Below, in pieces: positions 40,780-54,310 of a stretch of 64,000 bases of DNA. The stretch is from the human T2T-CHM13v2.0 reference genome, Homo sapiens, in assembly GCF_009914755.1 (NCBI RefSeq), contig NC_060928.1. One strand, 5' to 3'. Position 1 is the first letter of the stretch, and each line of letters starts with the position of its first letter. The position numbers and the translations under genes were made by a program. The notes beneath the pieces were generated by a model. The model was not told the DNA's origin and did not search any database. It worked only from the letters and a program-made list of their open reading frames with translations.

Positions 40780-42860
40780 GGCTTACTTTAATAGACATAC
40801 ACATTGACTAGTTGAGGAAATATAGACAAAAGCAGTTTCAAAATAGTATGCTGTATGCTAGAACTGAAATGTGTTTAGGGTACTGGAGGAAGGAAGAGAA
40901 AGGATGCCTGATTGCCTAAATTGGGGCAGTTGTGAGGGTCACAGATTAGACTCAGGTAAAACCTTTCAGAGAAGAGGATTCCTGGGTTGCCTTATGAATG
41001 GTGAGGAGTTTGTGAGGCAACACAAGGATGGGAAAGGCTACTTCAGGCAGAGAAAACAGCTAGTTCAAAGGAGAGAGGTGTAAGGTGTGTTTTATGCAGG
41101 AACTACAAGTTGTTTGGCATAACAATAGTGGGTTAAGAAGAAAGGGACAAGAAATTAGGTTAGAAAGAGATAGAAGGCAGATAGCAAATGGTTTTCTAGG
41201 TCAGGCTAAGTGGTTTGTAGATAGAAGGATTTAAGCGATAACATGATTTGCATTTTGGGAAAATTCCTCTGATTGCAACAGGGACAATGGATATGAAAGG
41301 GTTGAGGCTACAGGCAGAGAGAGAACTTCTGCGAGGCTGTGGTCTAGAGGGGGAATCAATAAGGCCTGAACTACGGCATTGATAGGAGATCAGGAGTGGG
41401 GAATTGGCACGAGAAATAGAAGGGAGAATCAACAGTAAAGAGGCCATGGAGTGAGTGGTGGTACCCACTCTTTGGGATAGGAAAATTGACTTCATGAGGA
41501 AATAGGTATTTAGTTAAATGTTGAATTTAAAGTACTCACAGAGTGTAAAGATGGATACCGCCCAGCACCCAGTTGGTATCAACTTCAGGAAAAGCATTTA
41601 GGATCTAGATAATTTTGGAATCATTCGTATATAGGTTGAGTGTGCAAGAAGAGAAGAAGGGAGAACCATGTAAATATGTGGGATGAGAAAAAATGGTTCA
41701 GGAAGCTTGAGGAGACCCAGGAGATAATGGTGTCCCAGTGTCTTAGTTTGGCCTGCTATAACAAAAATAGCATAGACAGGTGACTTCCACTACAGAATTT
41801 ATTTCTCACAGTTTGGGAGCCTGGGAAATCTAAGATCAAAGTGCTGGCAGATATAGTGTCTGGTGAGGACCCTCTTCCTGGCTTGCAGATGGCAGTCTTC
41901 TCGTTGTATCCTTAAGTGGCAGAAAGAGAGAGAAAGCTGCTCTTTTGTGTCTTTTTATGAAGGCACTAATTCCATTGAGGAGGGCTTTGCCCTCATGAAC
42001 TAATCACCTCCAAAAGTCCTCACCTCCTAATACCATCACCTGGGGGGGTTAGGATTTCAACATATGAATTTTGGGGGGACATAAACTTTCTGTCCATAAT
42101 ACGCAGGAACAGAGGGAGGAGAGTGTGACAAGGAGAATGCGACAGCATGGAAAGCTACTGAGAGATCAGGTGTAACGACAGACATTTTTGTTGTATTTGT
42201 GTGACCTTGTTGCAAGAGTTTCATTGAAGTATGTGAGTGAGCATCAGAGGTTGAGAGTGAATAAGAGGTGAGGAAGTGGGAAAACCCATGGTGACCGCAC
42301 TTCCAAGAAGCTGGGCTGTGGGAAGTCAAAGGTGGAGAGCAATGTCCAAGTTAAGAGAGAGTTCAACAGTCTCTGGGAAGTGCTGAGCGGGAACAGCCTT
42401 TGAGAAGACGCTATTAAATATACAGGAGAGAGATAGGTAGAGAGAGAGGAAGGAGGAATTGTTATTGGGAAAAGAAGACTAATAATCTAGTATAGGTAGA
42501 GAGTCTAGCTTCAATGAGTGGAGGATTCCTTTTAACTGAGATGTGATGCAGGTTAGTTTATAGGTTGTGGAGTGGAAACTGGATATAACAAGCTGGTTGA
42601 CAGGATTCACAATCAGTAGCCACCATATAGGAATTGTGGGTCATTTTTTAAGGGGCCAGGGTTTGGGGAGGAGGCTTGGCAGCGAAGACAAGCTTTAGGA
42701 TTTGCCCATGGAACTGAATTGGGAACTGGAGTCTAAAAAGTCAAGGAATTTTCTGTTTTGGGTGTTGGATGGGTATTTCACATGGATGTTTATTTTGCCC
42801 AAACTGACGTCAGTATTAGAGTGGAGAGGAACTTGGTGAGTCAGGCGATGAAGCTCTCAG
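40780..42860 (-). mobile_element. Long antisense L2 relic
   Basis: Purine-rich antisense L2 motifs (gatttgcattttgggaaaattcctctg; ggtgaggaagtgggaaaac). Confidence 0.6.
41739..42101 (-). mobile_element. MLT1A/MLT1A0 solo LTR nested in L2
   Basis: tgtcttagtttggcctgctataac...atatgaattttggggggacataaac; TSD cccag/cgcag. Confidence 0.82.
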
Positions 42861-43283
42861 TAAGTGCACTCAGGTGGTGATTTTGGTCACCTCTGTAAAA
42901 ACTCAGCTTTACTCCCTGTAAGGAATTGACGGAAGCCAACCCTGACAGTGTAACAAAGCTCATCTGCTGGTAACAGTGCTTTATCCGACAACAGCGAGGC
43001 GATTATGGGAAGGAATGGAGGAATGTTGTATGTGATTTCAAAATTGGCTTATAAGATATGAACTCTGAATTTCTTGTGCCTTTCCAGGAAGAAAAAAAAT
43101 ATCAATATAGATAATTTCTACCTGTTGGCTGCTGCACCAAAAACTCGCTTAACCTCAATGATAATTCCTATTTGTTGGAGCCAAGAGAGTAGCATTTTTG
43201 AAAGACTGAATTATTGAAGATAAGATTGAGATCATTGTTCCAAGGGGATCAAAAGAGATAAAAGTCTTTCACTTCATGAACTC

Positions 43284-43709
43284 TGTGTTCTCTTCTTATG
43301 GCTGCTGTAATTATGTTGGCTGGAAATAACAAAAGTTTATTCTCTTACAGTTTTGGGCCAGAAGTCCAAAATCAAGGTGTCAGCAGGGTCCTGCTCCTTC
43401 TGAAGGCTCTAGGGGGGAGTCCTGCCTTATGTCTGCCAGCTTTCGGTGGGACTAGGTGTCCTTTGACTTGTGGCTGATAGCTCTAAACTCTGCCTGCCTC
43501 TTCACAGGGACTTCCCTGTGCTTGTGTCTTCTCCTTTTCTGTATAAGGACACTGGTGATTGGATTTAGGACCCACCTGGATAATCCAGGGTGAGCTCACC
43601 TCAAGATCCTTAACTTAATTATGGCTGCAAAGACCCTACTTACAAGTAAGTCACTCACAGGTTCTGGTTGGGCACATCTTTTGGGTGGGACCAACATTCA
43701 ACTCACTAC
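43284..43709 (-). mobile_element. MLT1C-type solo LTR
   Basis: cagaagtccaaaatcaaggtgtcagcagg...cattcaactcactaca. Confidence 0.75.
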
Positions 43710-45165
43710 AAAGCCCAAAAGATTTAAAAATTTGTATCAGTGAACCTGATAACCTCTCCAAAGATATATATATATATTTACTTCAGAGTGCCTTGTCCTT
43801 TCCCATAAAGCAGTGTAGGGTACCCATTGCTCAGTAACTAGGTTTTGGGTTGGTATAGAATTATGTAGAGTCCATGCTGAGAAAACAGGTGTTGTTTTAG
43901 ATGACAGTAATTCAGCAATGTCTAACTTCATTGATAACAGACTTAATCTACTGATTTGGGTCGACCCCTTGCATTTAGGGAGCCAAAGGGAAAAATCTTA
44001 CAGGGTGAAAATATCTACATCTAAGGCCTCTGCTTCATGTATAGCCTAAACATATGCTCTAAATCTGAGAAAAGTTTTAAGATCTTTGCTTTGCCTTGGA
44101 AACTATAGCTGGCAAGATCTAGCAAAACTTACAGAATAGAAATTCCAGCAGGACCTACAGAACAGATCTGGAGCCCTGGCAATGCTTTTCAGGGGGCACT
44201 AATATAGTTTGGTCAATGCAGCGGTCCCCAAATCATTCTGTATGCAGGCAGATCAAAGATTGACATGTGCAAATGAAGTGATTCTGACAACATTAACATG
44301 CTGATTGCAGCTAAGTGCACTGCTTGTTCAACAGTTCTTCAGTAGACTAAAAAATATTTAATTGAAGTAATGAGAAACCAAAAACATTTCTTATTCATGA
44401 TATTATACAAATATGTTCCGCACGCCTTCAGCTAATAGTTCTGTATTTGTGATTCTCAAATATCTCTGTCTCTAGTCATTAATTCTCATTTGTACTTCTG
44501 TCTCAAATTGAAAACTGCTTACAGGACATTTCTAATCAGAAGTTCTGCCATCAAGTCAGTATTTACATTTTCAAAACTAAGTTAATATTATCTAAGAACC
44601 CCGGCAATCTTTCCCCAAATCTTAGTTTCTGTTATTGATGACATCTGTTATTGATATTATAGTCGCTGAGACTTCCCAATTTGAGAGCAAGTTATAGCAG
44701 AAAAAAAGTCTGGAATAAGTGTTAGGATTTGAGAGTTTAGTTTAAATTTTGCTGCTCATATTTTCATAATTTTGGTTAATTCACATAACCTTTGGGATCT
44801 GTTTTCTGATGTGCAAAGTGAAGAGCCTGAGCTGGCAGCTGGATGACTTATACATGTATTTAGCAAACTTGTTTTCTGTGTCAGTAGGTCGTTTACAGAG
44901 CCAGGTGTGGGAATTCAGTGTTTACTGGGCCTGGTTCCGATCCTAACATGGTGGACCTGTTCTCTGCTAAAGCTCTCCTGCATCAATCTTTCACTGAACT
45001 CCACTGATTCTGCTTTGGCCCTTCCTTCTCTCTCCCGCTGCTGGCCCTTCAGTCAAGAATGGGGGGCACTGCAGAGCCACCATCTGGCTCCAGCTCCACA
45101 CTGAGTTGTGCTGCACAGGGTACTCTCATCAGGTCGCTTTTCTCTTCAAGGATCTGATGCTTGCA

Positions 45166-45434
<269 letters not shown>

Positions 45435-45879
45435 ATCTGGTGCTTCCTATTGCCCCTTGTAAGTGATGTCCCAGTTTAGACTGTTGTCAAGGGTCCTCTG
45501 TAAACTGTCCTTGTCTTCATGTCTTATTTTATCTCTATTTTGCTCTATGAAACCCCTCCTTAGTTGGGTAACTCTCCTTATTCTTCCCCTCAAGTCTACC
45601 TGTCTGCACTTACTGAGTCTCCCTCCTGAGGTACTTTCCCCCCACCTCACCTCCTGACTAACCCCAATCAATGAAAGCCACAGATTCCTGAGGAAGGTTT
45701 CCCCAGAACCCACAGGCCACCATCCTCACCCCTGGGCCTATCGCATATTTTGCATATTTTGGACATTTGATTACAGAGTATTATAGCATCCTTACATGTT
45801 AAACATCTTGTAACTTTGATATGTTTCAGAACTCTTAGGTCTTTCGTAGCCTAGCCCAGGCCCAGAAACCTGAGAGTAG

Positions 45880-46140
45880 AGGTTAAGACTGAACCCCCTA
45901 AGTCAGGCTTCCTGAGTCCTTAACATGGCTTCATCTTTTCCTAGCTGTGTGACTGTGGCAATTTACTTATCCTCTCTGAACTTCCTTTTCCTTACTTGCA
46001 CAATTGAGACAACAATATTGCCTGCCCCAGTTACTCACTAGTTCACATGAATAGTTATTAGTTATTTAGTTAATACGAGTAAAGTGTTTAAGACAGATTT
46101 TGGTATGTAGTGAGTGATTAAGAAGTGTTAGTTACTGCTG
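45880..46140 (+). mobile_element. MIR
   Basis: ctagctgtgtgactgtggcaatttacttatcctctctgaac core. Confidence 0.65.
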
Positions 46141-46277
46141 TTTCATTGGATTAGTGTAAGAATTAAACAAGATAATTCATTAAAAAACCCTCAGTGTAGT
46201 ACCTGGCCTGTAGTAAGAATTCAATATTTTATTTAACAGTTGATGAGGCTTGGGGGAAAGAAAATGACCATAGTCAT

Positions 46278-48553
46278 TGTATTAGTCCATTTTCATGCTG
46301 CTGATAAAGACATACCCCAGACTGGGAAGAAAAACAGGCTTAATTGGATTTACAGTTCCATGTGGCTGGGGAGGCCTCAGAATCATGGCGGGAGGCAAAA
46401 CGCACTTCTTACTTGGCTGCGGCAAGAGAAAAGGAGGAAGAAGCAAAAGCAGAAAGCCCTGATAAACCCATCAGATCTCGTGAGACTTATTCACTATCAT
46501 GAGAATAGCACAGGAAAGACAGGCCCCATGATTCAATTACCTCCCAATGGGTCCCTCCCACAACACATGGGAATGCTGGGAGATATAATTCACGTTGAGA
46601 TTTGGGTAGGGACACAGCTGAACCATATCATTCCACCCCGACCCCTCCAAATCTCATGTCCTCACATTTCAAAACCAATCATGCCTTCCCAATAGTCCCT
46701 CAAAGTCTTAACTCATTTCAGCATTAACCCAAAAGTCCACAGTCCAAAGTGTCATCTGAGACAAGGCAAGTCCCTTCCACTTATGAGCCTGTAAAATCAA
46801 AAGCAAGCTAGTTACTTCCTAGATACAAAGGGGGTACAGGCATTGGGTAAATACAGCTGTTCCAAATGGGAGAAATTGGCCAGAACAAAGGGGTTACAGG
46901 GCCCATGCATGTCTGAAATCCAGCAGGGCACTCAAATTTTAAAGCTCCACAAGAATCTTCTTTGACTCCAGATCTCACATCCAGGTCATGCTGATGCAAG
47001 AGGTGGGTTCCCATGGTCTTGGGCACCTCTACTCCTGTGGCTTTGCAAGGTACAGCCCCCCTCCTGGCTGCTTTCACAGGCTGATGTTGAGTGTCTGTGG
47101 CTTTTCCAGGTGCATGGTGCAAGCTGTCGGTGGATCTACCATTCTGGGGTCTGGAGGACGGTGACCCTCTTCTCATAGCTACACTAGACAGTGCCCCAGA
47201 AAGGACTCTGTGTGGGGCTCCGACCCCACATTTCCCTTCCACAGTGCCTAGCAGAGGTTCTCCATGAGGGCCTGCCCTTGCAGCAAACTTTTTCTGGGCA
47301 TCCAGGCATTTCCTTACATCTTCTGAAATCATGGTGGAGGTTCCCAAACCTCAATTCTTGACTTCTGTGGACCCGCAGGCTCAACACCACATGGAAGCTG
47401 CCAAGGCTTAGGGCTTCCACCCTCTGAAGCCACATCCCGAACTGTACATTGGCCCCTTTCAGCCGTGGTTGGAGCATCTGGGACACAGGGTACCACGTCC
47501 CTAGGCCACATATAGCATGGGGACCCTGGGCCCAACCCACAAAAACCACTTTTTCCTCCTGGACCTCCAGGCCTGTGATGGGAGAGGCTGCTGTGAAGGT
47601 CTCTGACATGGCCTGGAGACATTTTCCCCGTGGTCTTGGGGATTAACATTAGGCTTCTTGCTACTTACGCAAATTTCTGCAGCCAGCTTGAATTTCTCAT
47701 CAAAAATGTATTTTTCTTTTCTACTGCATCGCCAGGCTGCACATTTTCTGAACTTTTATGCTCTGTTTTAAAATGGAATGCTTTTAACAGCACCCAAGTC
47801 ACCTTTTGAATGCTTTGCTGCTTAGAAATTTCTTCTGCCAGATACCCTAAATCATCTCTCTCAAGTTCAAAGTTCCACAAATCTCTAGGGCAGGGGCAAA
47901 ATGCCGCCAGTCTCTTTGCTAAAACATAACAAGAGTCACCTTTGCTCCATTTCCCAACAAGATACTCATCTCCATCTGAGACCACCTCAGCCTGGACCTT
48001 ATTGTTCATATCACTATCAGCATTTTTGTCAAAGCCATTCAGCAAGTCTCTAGGAGGTTCCAAACTTTCCCACATTTTTCTATCTTCTTCTGAGCCCTCC
48101 AAATTGTTCCAACCTCTGCCTGTTACCCAGTTCCAAAGTCACTTCCACATTTTCGGGTATCTTTTCAGCAATGTCCCACTCTACTGGTACCAATTTACTG
48201 TATTAGTCCATTTTCATGCTGCTGATAAAGACCTAGCCCAGACTGGGAAGAAAAAGAGGTTTAATTGGATTTAACAGTTCCACATGGCTGGGGAGGCCTC
48301 AGAATCATGACAGGAGGCAAAAGGCACTTCTTACATTGCAGTGGCAAGAGAACAGGAGGAATAAGCAAAAGCGGAAACCCCTGATAAACCCATCAGAACT
48401 CATGAGACTTATTCACTATCACGAAAATAGCATGGGAAAGATCGGCCCCCATGATTCAATTACCTCCCAATGGGTCCCTCCCACAACACATGAGAATTCT
48501 GGGAGATACAATTCAAGTTGAGATTTGGGTGGGGACACAACCAAACAATATCA
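46278..48553 (-). mobile_element. Full-length THE1A MaLR provirus (LTR 46278-46630, internal 46631-48198, LTR 48199-48553)
   Basis: Two direct-repeat LTRs (tgtattagtccattttcatgctgctgataaagac...atca); perfect 5-bp TSD gtcat; frameshifted THE1-int ORF pieces (MEGSEEDRKMWESLE...). Confidence 0.93.
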
Positions 48554-48609
48554 GTCATAATTATTGTCAAATAATTAAAATCTGTGAGTTAGCATTATAA
48601 TGATCTCTA

Positions 48610-49010
48610 TTTTTTTTTTAAGGTGAGGAAACTGAGGTTAAGAGAGGTTAAGTAACTTGATGGGTCACATACTTAGAAACTGAGTGGAGCAGATTAAACA
48701 CCCAGGAAGCCTGACTGCAGAATCTGTACCTTTTAAACCATTATTCCTATGCTTTGGTCCCAGACTAGGCAGTGTGGGGGAAATTTTGATCTGCTGGTGA
48801 AAACAAACATGGAATTTGGGCTCACATAATCCAGGTTCCCATCCTGTCTTTACCACCCACCTGGGCAGGATATTTAATCCTTCAGCGGTTACATTTCCTT
48901 ATCTGTGAGATGGGGACAGTAATACCTCCCTTGTATGACTGTGATGGGAATTAAAGAGGCAACATTAAGTAAAGCTCCCAGCACAAGGCCTGGACTTTAG
49001 TAGGTATTTA
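48610..49010. mobile_element. Two MIRs in opposite orientation
   Basis: gaggaaactgaggttaagagaggttaagtaacttg (minus) followed by tttccttatctgtgagatggggacagtaatacc (plus). Confidence 0.65.
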
Positions 49011-50129
49011 ATACATTTTAGACTTCTTTCTCTCCTCTTTCAAAATTTGAGCTGAAAACAATATCTTTTAGTGCCTTTAATTAGTCTGTGATATGGATTA
49101 AATGCAATGTATGGCCTGCAATACATATGACACAGCCTGCAAGACCAGGCATTCCATTGCCCTGACTTGGTGTTATAAATAACCAAACATGGCTGGTATT
49201 AAGGACATGTGAACACCTGGCACAACTTATTCACAACCACTGTCAGTGCAGTGTTTCTAATTAGTGGAGTTCTTCCTAAAAGTTGTGGCACGTCTCGGTA
49301 GGGAAAGTCTTTTGCCAAGCAGGTGGGAGTGAGTAAAGAATTTGAGATTGCGAATAGTCTGAGTTGGGAATGCTCAGAAGGAGCAGAGAATGCTGGGCCT
49401 TTGCACAGGCATTTCAGTGAGCCTTTTGAAGGTCAGAGCCTGCTGATGAGAATGCTGCTGGAATTTTCCAAGGATTGTTTTATTTTAGTCTTTGGACTGA
49501 GTGTTGGCGATGACACAATCTGTGGTTGAAAATAGCGTGAATAATTAGGTTAGAAGCAACTTAATGTCCCAAGATGTTAATAAAGCCAGCTACTTGGAAT
49601 TCATCTGTAGGAATTCCCTTCCCAAACTTGATTCCTGAGTAGGCACAAGTTACATGATATGCTTCCACAGCCAGTAAGAGCAAACATTGGCCTCTTGCAT
49701 ATGTTGTAACCTTCAAGTAGGCAGAACAGAGGTTACACTTTTCTTCCTTTTAAAAATTTAATCAAGACGTGTTACCTTACACAGAGTGGATGATCTCTTG
49801 TGACTTCACTGCTCGCTCTGAAGGACAACTGCTGGCCAGTGCATTGAGCAAGTATGATCGGCACCTTGGGTTTCCATGTGCTTTCCTGTTCTGTTTTCCT
49901 TCTGAACTCTCATTTCAAAGATGTTTCATAGTAGAAGTCTATCCTGTTTTATGGGGTTAGTTTAGGAATGCAATTATTTCCTACTTAATACTTTTCATCA
50001 ATACATTAGAAATACTTCATATTCATGATATAATAAAAGCAGTTGACCCTTAAGAATAAAACCCTCAAAATAGCTACATGAGAAAAATATGGGTGATTTT
50101 CTCAGCTAGATTAGATTAAACAAGTAGGG

Positions 50130-50320
50130 CTCAGAAGCTGGACTTAGATCAAATTCTGGCTCTGCCACTTATTAGCTGTGTCATCTTGGGCAACCACTTA
50201 TCTTGTCTAAGCCTCATAGGGTTGTCATGAGAATTATATGAGACAATGTATGTAAAGCCATAACGCAGTGCCTGGCATGGAGTACCTTTCAATAAATGTC
50301 TGCTACTTATATTATTATAA
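50130..50320 (+). mobile_element. MIR
   Basis: caaattctggctctgccacttattagctgtgtcatcttgggcaa. Confidence 0.7.
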
Positions 50321-50881
50321 ACGTGAATATTACAAAGATTTGCAAGGTTGGACTCTCCAAGAGGAGAATAAGACAGCATTAGAAAAGCCCCTCAACTTGA
50401 CACTGGCCAAGCATATTATTTTGGGGAAACTTGATAAACTGTAAAGAACTTGGTTGAATGGAGGAGCCTGGAACTCCTTTCATGCCCCTTGAGTGGCTAG
50501 AAGGACCACAAAAGGAAGGAATAGGAGAAGTTAATTGATGCTATTGCCATCTCTGTAATCTTTAAGCCTGATTGGAATTCAGTGAAAAGATAGTACTGTA
50601 AAATGAGAAAAATTCAGATTAGATTTGCTCAAGGGCTCTCCTTCTCTAAAGTCTGAGGATTCTATTAAATCCATTCATCCAGACATTTGTTGATCACCTG
50701 CTGCATTTCAGGAAACTGAGCATTTTGCTGAGGTTACAAAAATGAATAAAACCAAGTTTTGGCTCTTAAAGCATTTACAGACTAGCTGGAGAACCAGATA
50801 TATAAACAATGGTCTTAAAAATAGTAATAGAGGAACATAAAAAATACCAAGGAACTCAGAAAAAAGTATGGCTTTTATTAG

Positions 50882-51300
<419 letters not shown>

Positions 51301-52474
51301 GGCTGTTCCTGTTTTCTAAGCAGTTTGCAAATGCAGATCCATTACTGTAGTAATAAGAATTTTTGACTAAAAAGAAGAGATTTGTCCACATCAAGTGAAC
51401 ACATCTGTTGTAATGAAACATTCTGACTCTGGAAATGAGAATGAGTAAAAAACCTTGTACTTTGTTCGTAAGAGAATACAGAAATTGAGAGAAGAAATTC
51501 TAGAGGAGACTCAGATCATCTTTTCAATGTGCCCGTCTATCTTCATTAGGGGAAGAACTTCAGCAAGGTCTTGCTGGGATTTAGCCCCCTGAAGTATCGA
51601 AGATGACACTTGCTGACAGTGGAGGAAACCGAGGAGGCAGCACAGAGGATGGTGTTTGTGCACAGAGATGAGAGGGGTGCAGCTTTCACCGACAAGGGGA
51701 GGAGGGCACATTCCCAACCCCAGGGAGTGTTCCATGCCAGAGACGGAAAGGGACAGCTCAGACATTGTCCCAGACCCGTCCCTGTCTCCTCCAAATAAGG
51801 AGGCCTCCAACTCCAGTTCAGGAAGTTAGCGGCTCATAAAGGATGAGTTGATTTAGAGCCTTTCCCTGTGAAGAAGCTTGGAAGAGCCAGGGTTCAAAGC
51901 CTTTGAGATAAACCAACAACTGTGCCCCTGCTGGGAAGTCATTAGTGTTTGAGGGTCCCACCCATTACTTTTGTAAAGACACATGCTTTGTGGACTTATA
52001 AATAAAACTTCAAAGGTGATGACAGTCCAGCAGCTGTGTAGATGGTTGCATCCTTATGAACTGTGGACAGAAGCTGAAGTGGGTAGGAGTCAGGGCAACT
52101 TTCTGGACAGCAGATTAAACCTGTGAGTGTGTTGCTGATTTCAGTGTTAACTGTAGCACCAATGAGAAGGTCTCAAGTTTTCCAAAGTGTGAGAGAGGCA
52201 CCATGAATTAGTGGAGAAAACTGGGACTTTGGACAGCTATTAGCTGTTCTTTTGTATAGGCAAATTAACTCTGGGTAAGTCACTTCTATGAACCTGTAAA
52301 AACAGTGATAACGATATTTATTTCAGTGTTTGTGAATATTAAACTATATGATAGGGCCTAATATAATGCCTGGCAAAAAAGGATTCACTTTTAGGGTTTC
52401 CCTGCAGTTATGTCAGCCAGCCATTAAATCATATGTTAGAGCATAACTCTAGTGATTTATTCTCAGGGTGTAAT

Positions 52475-52700
52475 ATAATAATAATGAACATTTATTGAGT
52501 GTTTCTTATGTGCCAGAAACTATACTAGCTACTATGTACCTTACTGCATTCACTCTTTGCAATAAGCCCCAGTTGTATCATCCCCATTTTACAGATAAGG
52601 AAGCTGAAGCTAAGAGACAGGCTCAGTAATTTACCCTAGTTCACAGAGTTCGTGAGTTTTAGAGCCAGAATTCTCTCCTAAGTGGTCTGACCCTGGAGCA
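52475..52700 (-). mobile_element. MIR
   Basis: catccccattttacagataaggaagctgaagct. Confidence 0.7.
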
Positions 52701-52815
52701 CACATATCTAATCACAATATTATGACATATGTGGACTTGGTAGGTGAGGACACCAGGACTGTGGCTTTGCACTGTGAGGACCACTGTGTGGCTGGGGTCA
52801 AGAGCATGGAAGGGA

Positions 52816-52859
52816 ACCACTTTGGCATCTGGTGGGTACCATTTTGGCATCTGGTGGGT
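52816..52859. repeat. 22-bp tandem duplication (1 mismatch)
   Basis: accactttggcatctggtgggt followed by accattttggcatctggtgggt. Confidence 0.85.
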
Positions 52860-54310
52860 TTATAGGTTTGTGAACACTAGGCATACAATTTAAGGCAAGG
52901 AATTAGGATCTTCATGGATGGGCTTGGGGCTGCATTCTGTGACTTTAAGTGTAGTGTAAAGGGTGGGCAGAGAAAAGGCCATTGGAGGACTGTCTGTGGT
53001 CACATGAGTGACAGCTAAAAAGGTGGCACAAAAGAGGCATTGTTGAAGTTCTTCATTATTCAAATCACAACAAGCCAGTTAAGGGGGAGGTACTATTATC
53101 ACTGACATCTCATGTGTACCCATAGGCTGAAAACTGTAAGTTTAGATTAAATGGTTTTTATTACTATATATATATTTTTAACAATAAGAAGCATCTCTCC
53201 TTCTCATTGTATGTTCTCACTGTACGTTCTCATGGACCAGTGAGAACACTGGGCTGAGTAACTCAAGGAGGCTGGTTCACTCTGTCTGTGTAGTCTTATT
53301 TTGTCACAGTAGCTGCAAATTAATTGCTTTTATTGGAACAATTAAAATTTTCTTATAATTTAGCCTTTAGTTTGAGAAAGAGACTTGGTTTATTCTTTTT
53401 CCCTGAACTTGCATTTATTGATACCAAAGATATGCCTGATCAGATGGATATCAAACATCTACTTAGGCCTATTGCTATACCAGAGATTGTGCAGGATATG
53501 AAGGAAGTGCAAGCCACAAACCTGTCTTTAAGGGCATTTTAAGCTTGATGAAAAAACAATCAGAATACTACTAGCTGAGATTAATTGCTGTTTTAGGGAT
53601 TAAGATCACATCTAACAAAATGGAGTTAATTGAAACACTTTATGTGGAAACTCATGAAATTTTACTGGCAAAATTATTTTAACATTTACATGTCTGAACT
53701 CTTGACATTTGTATGTCAGCCTAACTGAATGTTTATGAGCAGCAAGTGATGGTTAATAACGATTTCTCCAAAAAGGTTGAAATGTTTGAGAGAGATGAAA
53801 CAAGGCTCTTTTAAAATTTAACACATTTGCTAATAGCTAGATGAGAGGATAAATAATACATAATAAAAGTAGCAATTGAAACCAATCCGTGATATTGAGA
53901 AGCAAATGGTGCTGCGTTGCCTTTATGTCACCTCAGGAAAGTCATTTGATATCTTTGGACTCAGTTAAGAACTAGAACTTTAAAAAATGTGTATTGAAAG
54001 CTTATTATTTCCTAGCATTTGCGAACAGATTTACTTATGTCATATCATTTGGTTTTTACAGTAAACCTCTAAGATATATTATTATAATCTGCATTTTAAC
54101 CCTGAGGAAATTAAGGCTCATAGAAGTAAATAAGCCTGCCCAAGGTTGCATGGCTACTAAATGGCAAACCCAGAATTCTAATCCTTGATTCCCTGACTTC
54201 AAAACCAATATCTTGTTTATCTTTTATTTTTAGTTGTACATACTTATGGGATACAATGATATCCCATATCCAGAATGATACATGTATACAATGTGTAGTG
54301 ATCAACTTAG

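Noticed and set aside
44180-44205. CTCF-like cagggggcact
   Set aside because: The 5' half (tttt instead of ccac) does not match, so the site is weak
46240-48521. Cluster of long ORFs (106-179 aa)
   Set aside because: All lie in THE1A LTR or internal sequence and are frameshifted MaLR remnants
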